Source: Nitrososphaerota archaeon (GTDB lineage Archaea > Thermoproteota > Nitrososphaeria > Nitrososphaerales > Nitrosopumilaceae). From it: a DNA stretch of 64,000 nucleotides. The DNA is taken from contig JAGWFT010000001.1 in the NCBI GenBank assembly GCA_028867755.1, positions 1,124,727 through 1,188,726 of the forward strand, read 5' to 3'. Below, piece after piece: positions 46,793-55,592 of the stretch. The first letter of the stretch is position 1, and each line of letters opens with the position of its first letter. The translations under genes and the position numbers were made by a program. The notes beneath the pieces were generated by a model. It had not been told where the DNA came from. It saw only the letters and a program-made list of their open reading frames with translations, and ran no database searches.

Positions 46793-48854
46793 GATAGCGA
46801 ATTTTCTCTCTCATTCAAACACTAGGCTAGAGTTTGAAAATGGAGTGACAGTATTTGTTGGACCAAATGGAGCTGGCAAGTCTAGCATAATAGATGCCAT
46901 AACATTTGCGTTGTTTGGAGAACACATTAGAAAGTCTACAAAAGGCCTATTGCGCAGGGGAAGCAGTCAAGCATACGCCAAAGTAGAGTTCTCCATAGGA
47001 AACAGACAATTCAAGGCAGTTCGTAAAATAGACACAAAAGGAACTGTATCAGCTCAGCTTTATGAAAAAATTAACGGAGAGACAGTTCCACTTGCTGCAG
47101 GTGAGCGAAAACAATTTGGTGAATCCATGACACAGACAATAGAATCTCTAATAGGGCTTGATTTTGAGAAACTCAAAGTAGCATCCATTGTACAGCAAGG
47201 TGAGCTACAATCAATCATTGAAGCAGACCCAAAAAAATTCAAAGAACTTGTCAATGCAATAATTGGAATAGACAAGCTTGATACTGCATATGAAATTATG
47301 AGAAAAACCATTGATGCGTTTAGAATGTCTGTGAGAACAAGAATAGACTATGATGATACCAACATAGAGTCTCTACAAACCAAGACAGACTCGATATCAA
47401 AAGAAATTGCATCCTTGGAGCCCCAAAAGAGCAAACTTGAAGAAGAAAAGGCAATTCAGGAACGAGAATTTACTACACTACAGAGCAAGATAGAGAGCGA
47501 GGCACCAAAAGAGCTAAAGATAAAAGAGATAGAAAGTAGAAAAGATGAACTTGCTCTATATCTAAGAAATGCTGTAACATCCATCAAAAGAGAGATTGCC
47601 GAGAAGGAGCGAAAATTTGCAGATTGCTCTAATAGCTTACCAATTTTATCCCTCAAGCCACAGATAGAATCCGAGTCAAGACAAATACAACATGACATTG
47701 AACAAATACGAATAGAATCAACAGACATAGGCGAAAAGATAGCCAAGATAAAAGGACAGCAAGAGATTGCTGGCAAGTTGCATATGATAGATGGCAAATG
47801 TCCTGTATGTGATTCCAAAGTAGACCACATCAATCCCTTGTTTGAAGAAGAACACTTACGTGCAGAACTTGATATTCTTGGAAAAAAGATGGTAGTTCTC
47901 TCTCAAGAAGAAGTTGTTATTCAAAACAAGAAAAAAGAGATAGATGCAAAGACTCAACAGATCATAAAGGCAGAAAGCGTCCTGTCCTCAAACAACATAA
48001 AAAACCAAAATGACTTGGTAAGATTAAAAGAAGAAATTTCAAGTTTACAAACTAATATCAAACAAGTACCCCTCGAGGTCAGCACAACAGGAAATCTAAT
48101 GCAATTTGCAATAGATGAATATTCAACTGATGCAATCAGAACTATATCATCACTAATAGAAGAGACAAAAGACTTTGATGTTGCAAATTTTAGAAATCTC
48201 AAATCAAAACTAGAACCACAGCGAAAACTTCTCAATACAATATATCAAGAACTTGGTGCAATGACCAATAGGCTAAAGTCACATAAAGAAGAATCAGAAA
48301 AAATTTCACAGATACTAGGAGAGTTGCATTATGTAAGACAATACGTCTCAAGTCTTGAGACCATCAGAGGCCAGATTTACAATAGAGATGGCCCTGTTGC
48401 TACAAGTCTTCGCTCGTGGGCACTTGGAATGATATCGCAGAAAGCCTCAGAGTACTTGGCTACATTTAACGTAAAGATTCAGAGAATCAACCTAGAGGAC
48501 AAGGCAAGAGATATTGGAATTACGTGTTACTCTGGTAACACAACACTGGATTTAGAATCATTGAGCGGTGGAGAAAAGGTCAGTGTAGCACTTGCATTGC
48601 GCCTTGGCATGGCTCACCTCATGGGTTCGTCTCACCTGAATTTTATCATTCTTGACGAGCCGACAACACATTTGGACCAAGAGAGAAGAAAGTCTCTTGT
48701 AAGTGTGCTCTCACAGGCTTTTGAATCAAATGTGGATGCAATATCGCAGTTTATCATAATTACACATGACTCTGAAATCTTTGAAAACTCTAACATTAAT
48801 GCAATATATGATTTCAAATCAACACAAGAAGGAACACTGGTTACTCCAATTTAG
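46776..48854 (+). CDS. rad50: DNA double-strand break repair ATPase Rad50
   Basis: GPNGAGKSS, CPVC zinc hook, LSGGE, LDEPT, ITHD. Confidence 0.92.
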   Translation: MLRSVEIANFLSHSNTRLEFENGVTVFVGPNGAGKSSIIDAITFALFGEHIRKSTKGLLRRGSSQAYAKVEFSIGNRQFKAVRKIDTKGTVSAQLYEKINGETVPLAAGERKQFGESMTQTIESLIGLDFEKLKVASIVQQGELQSIIEADPKKFKELVNAIIGIDKLDTAYEIMRKTIDAFRMSVRTRIDYDDTNIESLQTKTDSISKEIASLEPQKSKLEEEKAIQEREFTTLQSKIESEAPKELKIKEIESRKDELALYLRNAVTSIKREIAEKERKFADCSNSLPILSLKPQIESESRQIQHDIEQIRIESTDIGEKIAKIKGQQEIAGKLHMIDGKCPVCDSKVDHINPLFEEEHLRAELDILGKKMVVLSQEEVVIQNKKKEIDAKTQQIIKAESVLSSNNIKNQNDLVRLKEEISSLQTNIKQVPLEVSTTGNLMQFAIDEYSTDAIRTISSLIEETKDFDVANFRNLKSKLEPQRKLLNTIYQELGAMTNRLKSHKEESEKISQILGELHYVRQYVSSLETIRGQIYNRDGPVATSLRSWALGMISQKASEYLATFNVKIQRINLEDKARDIGITCYSGNTTLDLESLSGGEKVSVALALRLGMAHLMGSSHLNFIILDEPTTHLDQERRKSLVSVLSQAFESNVDAISQFIIITHDSEIFENSNINAIYDFKSTQEGTLVTPI

Positions 48855-49339
48855 CCGCCAGTCATCTTTGCAAATTTTTCGTTCTTGCAAAGACTTTCCA
48901 TGAATTTTAGGTTAGATAGTGCAACTACTGCAGAATCACGTACCTGTTCACTTGAATCCAAGAGCGCTTTTTGTAGTGTCTCCTTTGCGTCCTGAGATCC
49001 AATAACTCCAAGGGCAACAGCAGCTTCGTGTCGTACAAACAGACTAGGATCGTTGCGTGTTGCATCTTCTAGTGGACCTATTCCGCTTCTCAGACACATC
49101 TGCCCCAGAGAAAACGCCGCCTCGTGTCTTACCAACTCGTTAGAATCATTCTTTAGTATATTTGCAATATACGGAACAACATCTTCTCCGCCCATATCTA
49201 CCAGTATGCAAACAGCTCTGCATCTAATTACAAAATCTTTGTCACCTAATAGAGTAACAAAGTATTGCTTGTCCTTTTTTTCATATCTTTCTTCCATTTC
49301 AGATAGGAGCTCAAGGCGGCCATTAGGAATAAGTTCCAT
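48851..49339 (-). CDS. HEAT-repeat protein with two His-Glu motifs (resembles half of deoxyhypusine hydroxylase)
   Basis: LVRHEAAFSLGQM and FVRHEAAVALGVIG repeats; ATG 49339 (GTG 49345 alternative). Confidence 0.85.
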   Translation of the reverse strand: MELIPNGRLELLSEMEERYEKKDKQYFVTLLGDKDFVIRCRAVCILVDMGGEDVVPYIANILKNDSNELVRHEAAFSLGQMCLRSGIGPLEDATRNDPSLFVRHEAAVALGVIGSQDAKETLQKALLDSSEQVRDSAVVALSNLKFMESLCKNEKFAKMTGG

Positions 49340-49379
49340 GCACACAATTTTATAATCGCATATTTATTTCAATGACTAG

Positions 49380-49838
49380 ATGAGTCGATTACGATACTGG
49401 AAATTAACAGTGGAGGATCTCAGAAAGGCGCAGTATGATCCAAAAAAGGTTCTCATCTGGGAAATAAAATGTACCATAGATGAGCAAGGTACACATTTTG
49501 GAGTATTTTGTTACAGAAACGGTACTCCGTGGGATTATGCATCTATCCACGGAATTGTCTTTTATCACAATCAAATAAGCAAAGAAGAGATAGACAAAAT
49601 AACAAATTTCCTAAAGGGCAAGTTTGGTGGCGAACCAGCAGAAAAGGGTAGCAGGATATTTTTGAAGGACTCAAAGGAGATCTATCAACCAAAGGAGATA
49701 GCAGACTTGGCAGTTCAGCTGGGAGATACTTTTGAGGCAAGCACAGAACTAACGGTAGAACTTGAGAACTTTACAATTCCTGAGCAGGAACAAAGCAACT
49801 TGCCTTCAAGCAAAATTCTCCCCATACCTGGCAAGTAG
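49380..49838 (+). CDS. hypothetical protein
   Basis: Clean 152-aa ORF upstream of tatC. Confidence 0.8.
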   Translation: MSRLRYWKLTVEDLRKAQYDPKKVLIWEIKCTIDEQGTHFGVFCYRNGTPWDYASIHGIVFYHNQISKEEIDKITNFLKGKFGGEPAEKGSRIFLKDSKEIYQPKEIADLAVQLGDTFEASTELTVELENFTIPEQEQSNLPSSKILPIPGK

Positions 49839-49872
49839 ATAAATAGGGTTTTGACAAATTCAAAGATCTCTG

Positions 49873-50670
49873 ATGGATAAGTCAATGACAATCATGGAGC
49901 ATCTAGATGAGCTAAGAAAGCGAGTCTTCAGGATGGTCATTGCAGTTGGAATTATTACTTTCTTTATTCTAGGATTTCATTTGACGCCATATACCTACAA
50001 TGGAATACATCTTTACTATCCAACTTTTAGTCCCTTTGACAACATAGCAGCACAGGCTACTGTATCCATGAAACATCATCTGCTTCCTCCTACGGTACAA
50101 TTAATTCAAACAGCCCCAGGGCAAGCATTTTTTGCTCAATTTTATGTTGCAGTTTTGCTTGGCATCGCAATAGGAATGCCAGTAATAGTAAAGGAATTCA
50201 TTGGATTTCTAACGCCAGCACTTGGCAAAAAAGAGATCCACATAATAAAATCAATCACTGCACCTGCAATTGGTCTTTTTGCAGCAGGTTGCATATTTTC
50301 ATATTTTGTTGTCACGCCATACACGCTAGCATTTCTCTACAAGTATGGAGAATCTGCAGGTCTTCTTACTTTTCTTAACATAGTAGATTTTATCACATTT
50401 GTATTGCAGTTTGCACTTGCATTTGGCGTATCATTTCAGCTACCGCTAATAATGTATGCAGTGACTGCTTCAGGAATGGTTGGTGAGAAATTCTGGAGAA
50501 ACAACATAAAGTGGGCCGTAATTGCAATGGTAATTTTAGGAGCTGCAATAACACCTGACGGCAGTGGTGTGACCATGTGGTTTGTTGCAGGACCTCTCAT
50601 AGTTCTATACCTAGTAGGCATGTTCCTCTCAGAGAGACATGCAAATCAGATTGCAACACTTAAATCTTAA
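49873..50670 (+). CDS. tatC: twin-arginine translocase subunit TatC
   Basis: MEHLDELRKR, EFIGFLTPAL, FGVSFQLP, AITPDG. Confidence 0.95.
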   Translation: MDKSMTIMEHLDELRKRVFRMVIAVGIITFFILGFHLTPYTYNGIHLYYPTFSPFDNIAAQATVSMKHHLLPPTVQLIQTAPGQAFFAQFYVAVLLGIAIGMPVIVKEFIGFLTPALGKKEIHIIKSITAPAIGLFAAGCIFSYFVVTPYTLAFLYKYGESAGLLTFLNIVDFITFVLQFALAFGVSFQLPLIMYAVTASGMVGEKFWRNNIKWAVIAMVILGAAITPDGSGVTMWFVAGPLIVLYLVGMFLSERHANQIATLKS

Positions 50671-50691
50671 TCTGCCGCATTAAGAGCACTC

Positions 50692-50868
50692 ATGGCATAT
50701 GAGAATCTAATAATTGCAGTAGTGATTATCGGTGTATTGATTTTTGGAGCAAAGAAGATCCCTGAACTAGCTCGAACATTTGGAAAAGCCAAAGGCGAAT
50801 ATGAGAAAGGAAGAATTGAAGCAGACAAAGAGCTAAAAGAGTTCAAGGACAAAGAAGAACTCAAGTAA
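50692..50868 (+). CDS. tatA: twin-arginine translocase subunit TatA, absent from ORF track
   Basis: Manual translation MAYENLIIAVVIIGVLIFGAKKIPELARTFGKAKGEYEKGRIEADKELKEFKDKEELK (58 aa). Confidence 0.93.
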   Translation: MAYENLIIAVVIIGVLIFGAKKIPELARTFGKAKGEYEKGRIEADKELKEFKDKEELK

Positions 50869-50904
50869 AGAACGCTTTTTACCCATACAAAAATAGATAT
50901 CCAC

Positions 50905-51996
50905 ATGATCAAAAGATCAGAGATTCAAAAAATAGTAAGAGAGTACTCTGATCTTTCCATAGGTGTTCTTGGCAGCCATTCTGCTCTTGAGATAATGGAT
51001 GGCGCCAAAGACGAAAATTTCAAGACTAGAGTAGTATGCCAAAAAGGCAGAGAGGTTCCGTATAAGAGATTTTCAAGAATCGCAGACGAAATTATCATGG
51101 TAAACAAGTTCAAAGACATGCTTTCTGCCAAGATGCAATCAAAATTTAGGGCATCGAGTACCATAATAGTACCACACCGAGCTCTTACTGCATATCTTGG
51201 ATATAATGCAGTAGAGAACAAATTCAACGTACCATTGTTTGGAAATCGTGCACTATTTCAGGCAGAAGAACGCTCATACAAGAAAAACCAATATTATTTG
51301 CTACAAAAGGCCAAGATTAGGTTACCGCGAATCTTCAAAAACCCAAAGGACATAGATAGGCCTGTCATAGTTAAGGTTCAAGAAAAAACACGTAAGCTGG
51401 AAAGGGCCTTTTTTATCGCAACATCTTATGCAGATTACAAAGATAAGACAGAGAAGAAGATAAGGCAGGGGCTAATCTCAAAAGAAGCATTAAAGATTGC
51501 AAGCATAGAGGAATTTGTAGTTGGAACCTACTTTAATTTCAATTATTTCCATACACCGATATCAGACGAGGTAGATTTTCTTGGAATTGAAAGAAGATTG
51601 CAGACAAATGTTCATGATTTTGTTTCATTGCCTGCAAAGCAGCAACTTGAGATAGGCATGGAATTACAAAATATAGAAGTAGGCCATACACCTGCCAGCA
51701 TACGAGAATCGCTGCTAGAAAAAGTCATAGAAGCAGGAGACAGGTTTGTTGCAGCAGTAAGAAGAGAATACGCCCCAGGCATCATAGGTCCGTTTTCACT
51801 TCAGAGTGTCATTACACGAGATCTTGAGATATTGGTGTATGATGTATCCCTTAGAGTTCCAGGCAATCCAATTCTTGCAACTACCAGTCCCTATACAAAG
51901 TACAAATACGGAACAACTTTTGGCGTTGGCAGAAGGATAGCTATGGAGATAAGAAAAGCTCAGCAAGAAGGCAAGATCGAACAAATAGTAACCTAG
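50905..51996 (+). CDS. purP: 5-formaminoimidazole-4-carboxamide ribonucleotide synthetase (PurP family)
   Basis: LGSHSALEI, FGNRALFQAEER, ERAFF, NIEVGH, GIIGPFSLQ, DVSLRVPG. Confidence 0.9.
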   Translation: MIKRSEIQKIVREYSDLSIGVLGSHSALEIMDGAKDENFKTRVVCQKGREVPYKRFSRIADEIIMVNKFKDMLSAKMQSKFRASSTIIVPHRALTAYLGYNAVENKFNVPLFGNRALFQAEERSYKKNQYYLLQKAKIRLPRIFKNPKDIDRPVIVKVQEKTRKLERAFFIATSYADYKDKTEKKIRQGLISKEALKIASIEEFVVGTYFNFNYFHTPISDEVDFLGIERRLQTNVHDFVSLPAKQQLEIGMELQNIEVGHTPASIRESLLEKVIEAGDRFVAAVRREYAPGIIGPFSLQSVITRDLEILVYDVSLRVPGNPILATTSPYTKYKYGTTFGVGRRIAMEIRKAQQEGKIEQIVT

Positions 51997-52418
51997 GCTT
52001 CCATTTTTTCTTTTAAGAGATTTTTTCTGACAAGTATTGGTATGTTATAAAATGATGCTAGTGCGATGGCATCAGAAGCTCTGTAATTTCGCATGACAAG
52101 ATCATTTTTTCCTGTAAAGTAGAGATTGGCACGCAATACGCTTCCGCTTTCGTACACCTTTATCCTAACAAGAACAAGCTCATTGATTTCAGCAATCTCT
52201 TCAATCATGTTGTATATTGTAGGAATTGCACCTCTTTCTCCTTCAATAAAATTTGTGATGTGTCGTGCAACTTCTCCTGAAAAAGCTCTCATATGGAATT
52301 CTTTACCGTTATCAGCATGCAATACAACTAGCCCTTCTACTCCATATGGATCAACAAAACCAACGTAAGTTATCTTAGTCTCTGCATAATCAGAATCCTG
52401 AGGCTCGTCTATCTTCAC
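51993..52418 (-). CDS. bifunctional nuclease (DUF151) family protein
   Basis: RASDAIALA motif; GTG start. Confidence 0.8.
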   Translation of the reverse strand: MKIDEPQDSDYAETKITYVGFVDPYGVEGLVVLHADNGKEFHMRAFSGEVARHITNFIEGERGAIPTIYNMIEEIAEINELVLVRIKVYESGSVLRANLYFTGKNDLVMRNYRASDAIALASFYNIPILVRKNLLKEKMEA

Positions 52419-52505
52419 GGCTGGTTTCTATCAAGCGTCATTGCAGATAAATACTTTGAAAAAAACAGATAGAATTTAATGTCACCATACATCGTTTTTT
52501 ACTAG

Positions 52506-53348
52506 TTGGAAAAACAGAGTACAGTGCATCGTTCACATCGAGTACTTATCATTATTGGATTTTTAGCAATTGCAGTATCTTTTCTTGCATACTCAAGAAA
52601 CAATGAGATCACTGTAACTCCGGCTGCCATGCCTGCACTACGAAATCTAGCACTAGCAACCTATGTAGTCTTGTTCACTTCATTTGGTGCAATAGGCTGG
52701 GGACTGTACAAATTTTACAAAGCCAAAACAGAATTTCCTGACGCATCAACTGCCTCGATAATTTCCAACGCGATAAACAACAAGAGAGCAAAACAGATCT
52801 TTATCATAAGTGCTATAGGATATGGAATATTTTTTGGGTTAACGTCTGGAATAATCCTTTACAAACCAGAGATCAATGCTACGGATTATGGCTTTCCAAC
52901 TCCCCCACATATTGAGCTCTCACCTTGTTGTGATCTGCCAGGCTATATGCCAATGATATTTGCCTTTTTCACAGAACATGTAGGATTACAGATTGCTCCA
53001 CTAAACTTGGTTCTTCTTGTTGCAGTATCTTTTCTTGTGGGACTGAATTTTTCCCTCTCGGCTACTGCATTTACAGTTGCAAGAAGTGCAGGAAAATTGG
53101 GCGCATTTGGTGCGATAACAGGGCTCTTTGTGGGTTGTCCGACTTGTGCAGGTACAGCCTTTACAATGCTTTTTGGCCTCGGAGCTAGTGCGACCAGTGT
53201 TACATTGTTCTTGACAAGCTATGAAGCCCAGTTACAAACAATATTCATAGCTGCTTCAATTCCTATCTTGCTTGCTACACCTTTCATAATGGCAAGAAAG
53301 ATAAGAAAAACACAGAATGGAAGTTGTGCGTTAGAACCTAAGCAGTAG
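52506..53348 (+). CDS. polytopic membrane protein with CC and CxxC motifs
   Basis: Several TM helices; SPCCDLPG and GCPTCAG; TTG start. Confidence 0.8.
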   Translation: MEKQSTVHRSHRVLIIIGFLAIAVSFLAYSRNNEITVTPAAMPALRNLALATYVVLFTSFGAIGWGLYKFYKAKTEFPDASTASIISNAINNKRAKQIFIISAIGYGIFFGLTSGIILYKPEINATDYGFPTPPHIELSPCCDLPGYMPMIFAFFTEHVGLQIAPLNLVLLVAVSFLVGLNFSLSATAFTVARSAGKLGAFGAITGLFVGCPTCAGTAFTMLFGLGASATSVTLFLTSYEAQLQTIFIAASIPILLATPFIMARKIRKTQNGSCALEPKQ

Positions 53349-53592
53349 ATTTTGTGACCTGCGGGGTTTTCCAGTCACCTATATTGTAACCATCTTGCCT
53401 GAGATATTTGAGAGTGAGTTTGTAGACTAGTTCATCATGATCAGATGTCTCAAGAATTTCTGTCCATGAAACCACCCCAGTTTGTTCGATCTTTTTTGCA
53501 AGTTGAGAGGATACCGATTGTGCTATTTCCTTGCATTGGTCAAACGTTTTGCCATTTTTGTAGGCTCTAGTGCGAGTATCACAGGCATCCAT
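53338..53592 (-). CDS. small hypothetical protein
   Basis: 84 aa from ATG 53592. Confidence 0.7.
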   Translation of the reverse strand: MDACDTRTRAYKNGKTFDQCKEIAQSVSSQLAKKIEQTGVVSWTEILETSDHDELVYKLTLKYLRQDGYNIGDWKTPQVTKSTA

Positions 53593-53683
53593 GGCGTAAA
53601 GAGTACAAGACCCAAATAAAAAGTTCAATTTTTCATCTAATCAATAGAAGAGTTTTAAACCAAATGAGATTTTATTTTATCAA

Positions 53684-54592
53684 GTGCCATCAGAGAATAA
53701 CCAGAAATTTATCAACATAAATCCCTTCAATGCGTTTTTGTGGACATTTCGTCGAAATGAAAATGATGTCATAAATCTATATGATGCTCTTTCTTCCCTA
53801 ATGCAAATTTCTACTGGAAGCAATATGCTCAACTTTGGATACTGGAATGAAAATACGACTAACCCCTATGAAGCACAAACTGCACTTTGTAAAACTATTG
53901 CAAATATGTCTGAACTAGAATCTGCAAGAAATGTATTGGATGTCGGAAGTGGATTTTCTGAACCTGCAGTCATATGGAAATCAGAGTTTCCTCATATCAA
54001 AATTTCTTGCTTAAACGTAAATCCAAAACAACTCAGTTTTGCCTCAAAAGTTCTCAAAAATAATACATCAGGTAAGATAAGTTCGAACTCATCAGAAATC
54101 AATCTTGTCAACTCTACGGCTACAAAATTACCATTTGCAAACAAGTCCATGGACAGAATAATTGCATTAGAGTCTGCCCAACATTTCAAGCCATTTTCTG
54201 AATTTGTGTCAGAATGCAAGAGAGTTTTAAAGGACAAAGGTATTCTGTCATTAGCCATACCGACACTATCAGGATCAACAAAGTCTTTAGAAATTTTCAA
54301 GCTTGGGATACTTTCCTTTACATGGTCATCAGAACATTACAATCTTGAAAATGTCCAAAAGATGGTTTTGGATGTGGGTTTTGATGTTGTTTCTACAAAA
54401 TTAGTAGGCACAGATGTATACGAGCCACTTGCTGATTATTACATAAAAAACAGAGAGATGCTAAGATCAAAGATACTGCTTCAATATTCGCCCTATGTTG
54501 AGAAGATCCTCTTCAATTCATTGTTAAAAATGAGAAAAGTGTGTGAAAACAAGACCATAGATTATGTTCTTTTAAAGTGTGTCTTACAATAA
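53684..54592 (+). CDS. class I SAM-dependent methyltransferase (sterol/tocopherol/RebM-like)
   Basis: MLNFGYW, VLDVGSGF, LPFANKSMDRIIALESAQHF; GTG start. Confidence 0.88.
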   Translation: MPSENNQKFININPFNAFLWTFRRNENDVINLYDALSSLMQISTGSNMLNFGYWNENTTNPYEAQTALCKTIANMSELESARNVLDVGSGFSEPAVIWKSEFPHIKISCLNVNPKQLSFASKVLKNNTSGKISSNSSEINLVNSTATKLPFANKSMDRIIALESAQHFKPFSEFVSECKRVLKDKGILSLAIPTLSGSTKSLEIFKLGILSFTWSSEHYNLENVQKMVLDVGFDVVSTKLVGTDVYEPLADYYIKNREMLRSKILLQYSPYVEKILFNSLLKMRKVCENKTIDYVLLKCVLQ

Positions 54593-54610
54593 AGAACAAA
54601 CCCTTATTTT

Positions 54611-54686
54611 CTGGTATGATGTGGTGATATCATAATACCAGTTTGTCTGGTACCCACTGCGTAGAGTAATTTCTACGCAGGTGCCA
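54611..54686 (+). other. tandem stem-loops (terminator or structured RNA element)
   Basis: CTGGTA-TGATGT/ATATCA-TAA-TACCAG and TGGTAC-CCA-CTGCGTAGA/TCTACGCAG-GTGCCA, followed by a T-rich run. Confidence 0.5.
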
Positions 54687-54756
54687 TTTTATTATTAACC
54701 AATGCATCCCAGATCGGAGAAAAAGAATTATTAGCACATTTTAGCTAGTTTGAGGT

Positions 54757-54921
54757 ATGGGCCTGTTTAAAAAAAAGGAAACCCCCGAAACAAAATGTAA
54801 AGAGTGTGGTCTTGAATTCAATGACCCAGTACGTTTAGACAGACATATGAAAAAAGCCCACCGTCACGCGCCACAAAGGAAAACCGATGAGCAAGGTTTC
54901 ACCACTGGCGGCATGTGGTAA
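54757..54921 (+). CDS. C2H2 zinc-finger microprotein (54 aa), absent from ORF track
   Basis: Manual translation MGLFKKKETPETKCKECGLEFNDPVRLDRHMKKAHRHAPQRKTDEQGFTTGGMW; GAGGT just before the ATG. Confidence 0.8.
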   Translation: MGLFKKKETPETKCKECGLEFNDPVRLDRHMKKAHRHAPQRKTDEQGFTTGGMW

Positions 54922-54965
54922 GACTACGATAGGTATAATTCACGTTTCAAACGGCTATAGTAAAG

Positions 54966-55592
54966 TTGGTTACTGCAGAGATACTTGGTAATTTGACGAA
55001 TTTTATAATTCAGACTATATCAAACTCTGGTTACATGGGAATTTTCCTCCTCATGGTTGCCGAAAGTGCGCTTATTCCAATACCAAGTGAGGTCATCATG
55101 CCGTTTTCAGGATATCTTGTCTCAACGGGAAAGTTCAATGTTGTATTTGTCATCATTGCAGGGTCCATAGGAAATCTGGTGGGTGGGCTTATTGCATATT
55201 TTGTAGGATCATACCTTGGAAGGGGGTTTATCTTAAAATATGGCAAGTATGTTTTGCTCAAAAAATCACACTTGGAATTTGCTGAATCTTACTTTAAAAA
55301 ATACGGAGATAGATCAACTTTCATCAGTAGGCTTTTGCCAGCGATAAGGACATACGTTTCTTTACCTGCTGGAGTTGCCAAAATGAACCTAAAGAAATTC
55401 GCAGTTTTTACTCTTGTAGGCTCCATAATATGGAGTACTGCTTTAACATATGTTGGCATAGCATTAGGCGAGGAATGGAACAGCATCAGAAAGTATTCTA
55501 ATTATTTTGATGCAATAGTCGTAATAGTCATAATAATTGCCATTATTGTATACTGGAAGAAAAAAAAGACTACACCAGCCGATGATTCTTAA
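54966..55592 (+). CDS. dedA: DedA family membrane protein
   Basis: ESALIPIPSEVIMPFSG, FKKYG...FISRLLPAIRTYVSLPAG. Confidence 0.92.
   Translation: MVTAEILGNLTNFIIQTISNSGYMGIFLLMVAESALIPIPSEVIMPFSGYLVSTGKFNVVFVIIAGSIGNLVGGLIAYFVGSYLGRGFILKYGKYVLLKKSHLEFAESYFKKYGDRSTFISRLLPAIRTYVSLPAGVAKMNLKKFAVFTLVGSIIWSTALTYVGIALGEEWNSIRKYSNYFDAIVVIVIIIAIIVYWKKKKTTPADDS

Noticed and set aside
43280-48854. nurA-herA-mre11-rad50 as an anti-phage defence system
   Set aside because: This is the canonical archaeal double-strand-break repair operon with standard motifs
50667-50912. Listed 81-aa minus ORF
   Set aside because: Antisense of tatA (50692..50868)
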